The translations under genes were made by a program, and so were the position numbers. From an uncultured Planctomycetaceae bacterium (GTDB taxonomy: Bacteria > Planctomycetota > Planctomycetia > Isosphaerales > Isosphaeraceae): a stretch of 64,000 nucleotides of DNA. Below, piece after piece: positions 57,371 through 64,000 of this stretch (position 1 is the stretch's first letter; every line of letters begins with the position of its first letter). Location: positions 5,536,001 through 5,600,000 of the forward strand of contig CAWIAD010000002.1 in the NCBI GenBank assembly GCA_963833985.1, given 5' to 3'. The notes beneath the pieces were generated by a model. The model was not told the origin of the DNA. It searched no databases and worked only from the letters and a program-made list of their open reading frames with translations.

Positions 57371-57943
57371 TCACGATTCGAAACCACCCCTGGGTATTTC
57401 CGATACTGATGAACCGGAGCGCCAATTTCGCCTTATAAGTCCAAGCAGTGCAGCGCCTGCTCCGGTCAAACAAAAGGCACACAAACCGGTCAAAGATCGA
57501 TTGGTCTCGGTGTGGTGCCGCACCAGCCGCCCCGTATATCGTGACACGCACTCGGAGCAGGTACACGCCTCGTACTTGGCGGCCCCTAGAACAATCTCCT
57601 CGTTGGTAATGAATGCGGCGGTTAACTCATAACCATAGAAACTGACAGTTGCTCGGACGCCTCCCTGCACTTGACGAGGCCCCTGATCGCCTCGGGGAGC
57701 AGACACAATAAGCATGGCACCGACTGTGGTGCCTACCCAAAACTCCCAGGGGCATCGCCTACCAGTATGCGGAAGGGACAACAAAACCGCGAGGCTCCCG
57801 GTCAAGACGATCAGGTCAATCGTAGAGATCCTATTGTAGTCGCTCTGGATGGACGCAACCATCCCTGCTGCGTTCCCAGCGATTCCGATAACGCAGAGTA
57901 GCTTTAGACAGATTAGAAGTCGACCCGTCGCTGGTTTGATCAC
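57371..57943 (-). CDS. Hypothetical membrane protein, lower GC, possibly degraded
   Basis: GTG start after GGAGG; several hydrophobic stretches; no recognisable family. Confidence 0.35.
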   Translation of the reverse strand: MIKPATGRLLICLKLLCVIGIAGNAAGMVASIQSDYNRISTIDLIVLTGSLAVLLSLPHTGRRCPWEFWVGTTVGAMLIVSAPRGDQGPRQVQGGVRATVSFYGYELTAAFITNEEIVLGAAKYEACTCSECVSRYTGRLVRHHTETNRSLTGLCAFCLTGAGAALLGLIRRNWRSGSSVSEIPRGGFES

Positions 57944-58025
57944 GCCGCCTCCCCGATTTCCTGTCGCCTTACCCCAGTAGCTGCAACCGCGCCGGGTCCT
58001 CTAGGCAAGAGTAGACGGGAGAGGC

Positions 58026-58113
58026 AACGGGAACGCAGCGAGCTCTCGATTCTAGCTACGTCTCCGTTTCCCCTCCGTCCCCGTTTCCCCTCCCGCGTCC
58101 CCGTTTCCCTCCC
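58026..58113. repeat. REP-like palindrome plus three tandem CGTC(C/T)CCGTTTCCC(C)TC units
   Basis: aacgggaacgcagc...gctacgtctccgtt imperfect palindrome, then the tandem units; reverse complement of the 55785-55855 element. Confidence 0.7.
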
Positions 58114-58655
58114 AAACTCGGTTTCCTGGCCCCGCGAGGTTGTCTGCGCCGGCGGTTTCAGCCATCGCCCGCTTCCAGGATAAGTAAAACCGGCACAGCT
58201 TGGACCAGCCAGGTCGCGGTGACGCCTGGAACTGGAGCAGGAGCATCAGCGGCACCCCTGCAAAAGCGTCAGGAAGCAAGAGCGGTCCCGCCGAGCGGCG
58301 CTCCAGCCCGGAAAGGACGCGAGCCAGCGTGACGCCGGTCACAGGGTTGATCACGAGCACGACATGCCGTCCGGTCGTCCCCATCAGGCACGTCAGCTCG
58401 GTCTGGAAGACGTCGGTGAGCTGAACCGCGTCCTCAACGGATGAACACCGCTGAAACACGGATTTCGAAGGAGGGAAACCCTCTGGAGAGCGCCGGCAGG
58501 GCGTGCTCTTGTATCTCGACAGCCCGCTCTCGGTTTCGGTCAGATCGAACTGAGATTACCGCTTGCATTTGCCGACTGCGGCGATTAACTTGCGAAGGTC
58601 ATGTCATTATTGCCGAAGAGCACGCAATCATCTCGGGGCGAACCGGAGCGATTCG

Positions 58656-60908
58656 ATGCGGAAAGCAATTCTTGGGTTAAGTGTCCTGCTCGCGTGCGCG
58701 CCGTGCTCCCTGGGCCAGAACATCGAGAGACAGGTTCTGGACCAGATCCAGGACGCCACGGTCTTCGTCAAGCTGAAAGTGCCGGGCGTCGGCGAGGGGA
58801 GCGGATCGGGGTTCGTGATCAAGTCCACTGGCGATACGGTGCTGGTGATGACCAACCGCCACGTGGTCGTACCCGAGGCGGGAGAGGTTCCCGAGGGGAC
58901 GAAGGTGCAGCTCTCGGTGGTCTTCCGCAGTGGCACGCCCCAGCAGCAGGAGCTACCCGCGCAGATCCTGGCGCACGACGACCGCGAGGTACGCGACCTG
59001 GCCGTGATCGAGGTGCGCGGGGTGAGGCAACCGCCCCATCCCATCGCGGCAAACCTGACGACGGCCGAGGCGGACTTCTACCTGACCATGCCGGTCTACG
59101 CCCTGGGCTTCCCCCGCGGCCGGCAGATCCAGCAAGTCGTCGGCAACCTGAAGGACAACCCGGCGATCACGGTCAACCAGATGTCGATCAGCAGCTTGCG
59201 CAAGGATGAATCGAGCCGGCTGGCACGCGTGCAACTCAACGGCTCGGCCATCGAGGGGAACAGCGGCGGCCCGCTCGTCGACGTCAAGGGGCGGCTGGTG
59301 GGAGTGATCGTCTCGCGCATTCGGGGCGAGGCCGTGGGCTTCGCGGTTCCCCCCAGTGTGATCGCGCAGTTTCTCGACGGCGACATCGGCGGGCTGACGG
59401 CCGAACTCCAGGGGCTGAACTCGGGCACGGCCACGGTGAAGCTCAATGTCCGGCTGGTCGATCCACTGCGCAACCTCACCGGCGTCACGCTACGGTACGT
59501 CCGCCAGTCGGCGGGCAAGCCGGCCGCGGCACCCGATGCCAATGGGTCATGGCCGCTCCTGGTCAATGGCACGAACGTGGCGCTGCGCGTTTCCGGCGGC
59601 AGCGCTACCGGAGCGTTGAGCCTGCCGGTGGCGTCGGCCGATGACCGCAAACTGTTCATGCAGTTCGTACTCACGCGCGCCTCGGGACGGATGCTTGCCA
59701 GCAAGCCCACGTCGGTGGACATCCCCGATCGCCCGGGTGCTCTCCCCGGGCTGGCCGCCGAGCCGGACCGGCCGCGCACGGTGCCCAGGTTCTCTTGCGA
59801 GGTGAACCTCGCCGACGGGGGGAAGGTCAAGCACCATGCCGGCGGCTCGACGATGGAGCTGCCCGCGGGCGTGGCGATGATCAACGCGCCCCAGTTCCGG
59901 CTCTTCAACGCCCCCAGCGCACTGGTGCGGGTGGATGGCGAGTTCGTGGCCATGGTGATGGTCAACAACGATTTCGATCCCGGCTCGACGCCCATCACCT
60001 CGTCCACCGGCCGCAAGTTCCCGATCACCTTCCAGGGTGCCGGGCTGCTGATCTGGCAGGATGAGAAGAACTTCGTGCGGCTGGAGCGCTGCAAGGGCTC
60101 CGATGGCGGCATCGGCCTCATTCACCGCATCCTGGTCGAGGTCTACAAGGACGGCCGCGCCGTCGGACTGCACTACTCCAAGCCCATTCCCGAGCATCCC
60201 GTGGTCCTGGGCGCCCACCGCAAGGGAACCACCATGCAGTTCCTTTTCGCCGAGCCGCCCGGCAGCCTGACCGTGTTCCGCGAGGTCGCCCTCGATTTCA
60301 ACCCGAGCTTGCTGGTGGGAATCTCGGCGTCGAATCTCTCCAAGCAGCCGCTGGTGGCGAAGTTCGAGCGGTTCAGCATCCAGGGGCCCGGCGGCCAGGA
60401 CGTACCGGCCCCGCCGGTGGCGCTGACCCGGCTGGTCAACACCGGGACGGAACGGCGCAAGGATGGCACCGTCATCCTGGAAGGCGCCGCGCTGAAGATC
60501 CTCAAGGCCACCGCGGGCACGGCCGAAGCTCAGACCAACATGAACCAGTACAAGGGCAAATGGTCCGAGGATCGCCAGCTCGCGTGGCAGCCGCTGGGCA
60601 AGGGCGAATCGCTCACGCTCGAGATTCCGGTCGACGCCACCGGCAAGTTCGAGGTCAAGGCCCGGTTCACCATGGCTCCCGATTATGCCCAGATCCGCCT
60701 GGCCATGGACACGCGCCCGCTCATGAACGGCCGGGCGCAGGACTTCTACTACAACGACGTTCGCCCCGCGCGGCTGATCTCGCTGGGCACGCTCTCGCTC
60801 GACAAGGGGAAGCATCGCCTGACGATCACCGTGCACGACAAGAACACGCGATCAAGCGGCTATCGCGTCGGCCTTGATGAGCTCCACCTCGTACCGGTCA
60901 AGAAGTGA
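58656..60908 (+). CDS. Secreted trypsin-like (S1) serine protease with ConA-like and carbohydrate-binding-like C-terminal domains
   Basis: Signal peptide; GSGSGF, TNRHVV (His), RDLAV (Asp), GNSGGP (Ser); [33 protein letters not shown]...GLDEL. Confidence 0.85.
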   Translation: MRKAILGLSVLLACAPCSLGQNIERQVLDQIQDATVFVKLKVPGVGEGSGSGFVIKSTGDTVLVMTNRHVVVPEAGEVPEGTKVQLSVVFRSGTPQQQELPAQILAHDDREVRDLAVIEVRGVRQPPHPIAANLTTAEADFYLTMPVYALGFPRGRQIQQVVGNLKDNPAITVNQMSISSLRKDESSRLARVQLNGSAIEGNSGGPLVDVKGRLVGVIVSRIRGEAVGFAVPPSVIAQFLDGDIGGLTAELQGLNSGTATVKLNVRLVDPLRNLTGVTLRYVRQSAGKPAAAPDANGSWPLLVNGTNVALRVSGGSATGALSLPVASADDRKLFMQFVLTRASGRMLASKPTSVDIPDRPGALPGLAAEPDRPRTVPRFSCEVNLADGGKVKHHAGGSTMELPAGVAMINAPQFRLFNAPSALVRVDGEFVAMVMVNNDFDPGSTPITSSTGRKFPITFQGAGLLIWQDEKNFVRLERCKGSDGGIGLIHRILVEVYKDGRAVGLHYSKPIPEHPVVLGAHRKGTTMQFLFAEPPGSLTVFREVALDFNPSLLVGISASNLSKQPLVAKFERFSIQGPGGQDVPAPPVALTRLVNTGTERRKDGTVILEGAALKILKATAGTAEAQTNMNQYKGKWSEDRQLAWQPLGKGESLTLEIPVDATGKFEVKARFTMAPDYAQIRLAMDTRPLMNGRAQDFYYNDVRPARLISLGTLSLDKGKHRLTITVHDKNTRSSGYRVGLDELHLVPVKK

Positions 60909-60930
60909 CGCCGGCCGGGCGGGCGGGTGT

Positions 60931-63480
60931 TCACCGCGAGCCGACGGGCGTGAGCATGTCCGCCCTCTTGCCTGTCTCCGGCAGCAGGGTGATGGCGAAC
61001 ACCTCGTCGAGCGTCGCCACGGGGTGGAAGACCAGCAAGTCGCGGACGTCGGCGGGTAGGTCCTCCAGGTCGGCCTCGTTCTGCTGCGGAATGATGATCT
61101 GCTTGATGCCAGCGCGGTGGGCGCCGAGCACCTTCTCCTTGACGCCGCCGATGGGGAGCACGCGGCCCCGGAGCGTGATCTCGCCGGTCATGGCCACGTC
61201 GCTGCGCACCGGCTGGCCGGACATGGCCGAGACGATGGCCGTGGCCATGGCCACGCCCGCGGATGGTCCGTCCTTGGGAATGGCGCCGGCGGGCACATGG
61301 ATGTGCACCTCGATGGACCCGAGCTTGTCGTTGGGAATGCCCAGGGTGCCTGCGTGTGTTGCCGCGTAGGTGAGCGCGGCGCGGGCCGATTCACGCATCA
61401 CCTCGCCGAGCTGACCGGTCAAGATCAAGGCCACGTTGCCAAGCCCGGTGGCCAGGGAGTTGCCATCCTGGGGAGGTGGGCCGTACAGCTTGCGGACGGC
61501 GGCCTCCACGAACATGATGTCGCCGCCGGCGGGCGTGTAATACATGCCCGTGGCCACGCCGACCTCGCTGGTCTCGCCGGCATGTTCCGGATAGACCTTG
61601 GGCCGGCCCAGCAGTTCGCGCACCATCTCGGGGCCGAGCGCCGGCTCGATCGATTCACCGGCGGCCAGTCTGCGTGCCACCTTGCGTGCCACCGCGCCAA
61701 TCTGCCGCTCAAGCTGGCGCACGCCGCTTTCCCGCGTGTACTGGCTGACAATGGCCGCCACGGCGGCATCGGTAAAGCTGACATGCCTGTCCGCCAGGCC
61801 AGCTTCCTCGAGCTGGCGGGGAATCAGGTACTTCTTGGCGATCTCGGCCTTCTCGCGCTCTGTATAGCCGGCGAAATCGACGACCTCCATGCGGTCCAGA
61901 AGCGGCCCCGGGATGTTCTGGATGAAGTTTGCCGTGGCGATGAAGAGCACCTCGCTGAGATCAAACGGGACGTTGAGGTAATGATCAGTGAATGTGTCGT
62001 TTTGCGCCGGGTCAAGGACTTCCAGCAGTGCACTGGCGGGATCTCCCTGGAACGAGACGCTCAGCTTGTCCACCTCGTCGAGCAGGAACACGGGGTTCTT
62101 GGTGCCGGCCTGCTTCATGCCCTGGATGACGCGGCCGGGCATGGCGCCCACGTAGGTGCGGCGATGCCCGCGGATGTCGGCCTCGTCGCGCACGCCGCCC
62201 AAGGCCGCGCGCACGTACTTGCGTCCCAGCGAGCGGGCGATCGATTTGGCGATCGAGGTCTTGCCCACGCCGGGCGGTCCGACGAAGAGCAGGATCGGGC
62301 CCCTGGCCATGGCCCGGGCCTTGGCCTCGCGCAGGTCGGTGATGGCGCGGTCCCCCTCGGGCGCTGACGCCAGCGAGGCGGTGGCGGTGTCCTTGGCGGG
62401 CTTCAACCGGGCGGCCGAGCATTCACCCGATTTCTCAACCTCCTCCGCCATCTGCCGGGCGCGGAGCTGCCGCACCGCCAGGAACTCGAGCACCCGGTCC
62501 TTCACGTCCTGCAAGCCGTAATGGTCCTCATCGAGAATCTGCGTCGCATGGTTCAGCTCGAGATGGTCGTCCGAGCGCGTGTTCCAGGGAAGCTCGGCGA
62601 TCCATTCCAGGTAGGTACGGATCACCTGCGCTTCCATCGATTCCCGCCCGGCGCGCTCGAGCCGGCCGAGCTCGCGCTCCACCTCAACGCGCGCCTTGCG
62701 CGGCAGCTCCAGCTTGCTCAGCTTGTCGCGAAGCTGGTGGATCTCGCGGTTCTGGTCGTCATCGCCGAGCTCTTTCTGGATGGCCTTGAGCTGCTCGCGG
62801 AGAAACATCTCGCGCTGGCGTTCTCCCAGCTCTTCCTGCACCTGAGACTTGATCTCGGCCTGGGCCTCGAGCATGCCGATCTGGCGCTGGACGTGGATCA
62901 AGACGCGGCGCAGCCGCTCCTCGACGCCCAGCGTTTCCAGCAAAGCCTGCTTCTCGCCCACAGGAAGTTCCACGTAGCCGGCCACCAGGTCGGCAAACCG
63001 GCCCGGGTCGGTTATCGCATCGAGCATCTGGTGCAGCATCTCTTCGGGCACGCCGCGCTTCTCGCCCAGCTCGCGCGCCCGCTCGCGGGTTTCCTTGTAC
63101 AGTGCGGCAAACGCCGGGTCCTCCTCGTGGATCGGCCTCATCTCCTCGATCGGCACGGTATCCACCGTGAGCGAGTCCTCGACGGTGTGATAGTGCAGAG
63201 CCGCGGCGCGCACCTCTCCATGAAGCAACAACTGCACACCGCCAAGCCCGCGCTGTACCTGGCCGATCTTGCCAATCACCCCCATCGTGTAAAGCTGTTC
63301 GGGGGCCGGCTCGTCCACGTTCTCACGCTGGGCGACGGTGAAGATCAGGTGGTCACCCTTGAGCGCCTTCTCGATGGCCCGCAACGTGGCCGGCCGGCCG
63401 ACGCCAATCGGCACCGTGATGCCCGGAAAGATCACCGTTCCCCGAAGCGGCAGAACCGGCAAGGTTTGACGTTCCGCCAT
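60931..63480 (-). CDS. lon: ATP-dependent Lon protease
   Basis: [75 protein letters not shown]. Confidence 0.97.
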   Translation of the reverse strand: MAERQTLPVLPLRGTVIFPGITVPIGVGRPATLRAIEKALKGDHLIFTVAQRENVDEPAPEQLYTMGVIGKIGQVQRGLGGVQLLLHGEVRAAALHYHTVEDSLTVDTVPIEEMRPIHEEDPAFAALYKETRERARELGEKRGVPEEMLHQMLDAITDPGRFADLVAGYVELPVGEKQALLETLGVEERLRRVLIHVQRQIGMLEAQAEIKSQVQEELGERQREMFLREQLKAIQKELGDDDQNREIHQLRDKLSKLELPRKARVEVERELGRLERAGRESMEAQVIRTYLEWIAELPWNTRSDDHLELNHATQILDEDHYGLQDVKDRVLEFLAVRQLRARQMAEEVEKSGECSAARLKPAKDTATASLASAPEGDRAITDLREAKARAMARGPILLFVGPPGVGKTSIAKSIARSLGRKYVRAALGGVRDEADIRGHRRTYVGAMPGRVIQGMKQAGTKNPVFLLDEVDKLSVSFQGDPASALLEVLDPAQNDTFTDHYLNVPFDLSEVLFIATANFIQNIPGPLLDRMEVVDFAGYTEREKAEIAKKYLIPRQLEEAGLADRHVSFTDAAVAAIVSQYTRESGVRQLERQIGAVARKVARRLAAGESIEPALGPEMVRELLGRPKVYPEHAGETSEVGVATGMYYTPAGGDIMFVEAAVRKLYGPPPQDGNSLATGLGNVALILTGQLGEVMRESARAALTYAATHAGTLGIPNDKLGSIEVHIHVPAGAIPKDGPSAGVAMATAIVSAMSGQPVRSDVAMTGEITLRGRVLPIGGVKEKVLGAHRAGIKQIIIPQQNEADLEDLPADVRDLLVFHPVATLDEVFAITLLPETGKRADMLTPVGSR

Positions 63481-63577
63481 CGATCTCCTCCCTCGGGCTC
63501 AGCAGCCCCAAAGAACGCCGCGCTGAACTCTCTGGACCGATCACGCGATTCCAGTTCCATTCCCGGCGCCGCGCGGC

Positions 63578-64000
63578 TCACTTCATCGGGTGCTTCAAAA
63601 AAAAGTCCCAGATCAGGTCGTTGGCCGAGATTGACCGCGTGCTCTTCCCCAGGAAACGCACGCGCGGGTCGCGACCCGGCCAGGTGTGTCCACCCCCCTC
63701 GATCGTGTACAGCACGACCTCGGCGCCGTCCTTGCCAGGCCCGTAAGATGCCCGGCGCACGCGCATGCCATCGTTCGCCCGGTTTTCCAGTTCCGCGAAC
63801 ACAGGCGTCTCGGGGCATCCATTGACCCTGGCCCAGGTACGGATCGTCTCATCCACCGAAAGGAACTTGAGGTTCTTGGGTATCCGCTCGTCGGGACCGT
63901 CGAAGAGCACCAGCCCATCCTTGGTTCCATGGAAATGAAGCACCGGCACGGGGCGTGATGGGTGGCAGTGGTCGATGGCCATCGTCCCGGCCACCGGCGC
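63578..64000 (-). CDS. PHB-depolymerase/LpqC-family esterase, C-terminal part only
   Basis: APVAG, PVPVLHFHGTKD, WARVNGC, GGGHTWPG, ISANDLIWDFF. Confidence 0.85.
   Translation of the reverse strand, partial: APVAGTMAIDHCHPSRPVPVLHFHGTKDGLVLFDGPDERIPKNLKFLSVDETIRTWARVNGCPETPVFAELENRANDGMRVRRASYGPGKDGAEVVLYTIEGGGHTWPGRDPRVRFLGKSTRSISANDLIWDFFLKHPMK

Noticed and set aside
58059..58113. CRISPR array
   Set aside because: Units are about 17 nt, nearly abutting and lack unique spacers; no cas genes or repeat-spacer array seen in the window.
58052..58459. RAYT transposase remnant beside the REP-like repeats
   Set aside because: No HUH or RAYT motifs recognised in the frames examined.
61117..63825. 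Long plus-strand ORFs (416 and 434 aa) opposite lon, and similar antisense ORFs elsewhere
   Set aside because: Typical antisense shadows of high-GC3 genes, with no motifs.

Overview
GC-rich Planctomycetota DNA, probably Isosphaeraceae-like (inferred from 16S signatures, a 109-nt 5S rRNA, two DUF1501 genes and planctomycete 'LExLExR' export motifs). Left part: a partial GT-C glycosyltransferase, a ParB-DNA methyltransferase fusion, and two paralogous HTH genes. The larger HTH gene looks like a replication initiator and carries 33-bp-periodic iteron-like repeats inside its coding region. Both HTH genes are divergent from a complete 16S-23S-5S rRNA operon. Top observation: the 16S-23S spacer has no tRNA but carries an intact, co-oriented BrnT toxin plus antitoxin module. 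Base-pairing read directly from the sequence places the module between two nested pre-16S stems, and the antitoxin's last codons and stop lie in the outer stem. The 23S also lacks about 60 nt of domain I. The rest is mostly core/accessory genes: GT-C, DUF1501 x2, GT2, a Ser/Thr pseudokinase-TPR, a YhaO/YhaN-like pair split by a C69 peptidase, DnaJ-domain, FKBP, gldA, a full Wsp-like cluster fronted by a UrtA-like binding protein and ending in a WspR-type receiver fused to a PP2C phosphatase instead of GGDEF, a tandem GTPase pair, DUF4838, DUF1080, metX-metY, ECF/anti-sigma, an IS4 element in REP-like repeats, a trypsin-like protease, lon and a partial esterase. At least eight genes have single frameshifts, most simply explained by long-read indel errors. 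All family calls are from motif recognition; no database search was run.
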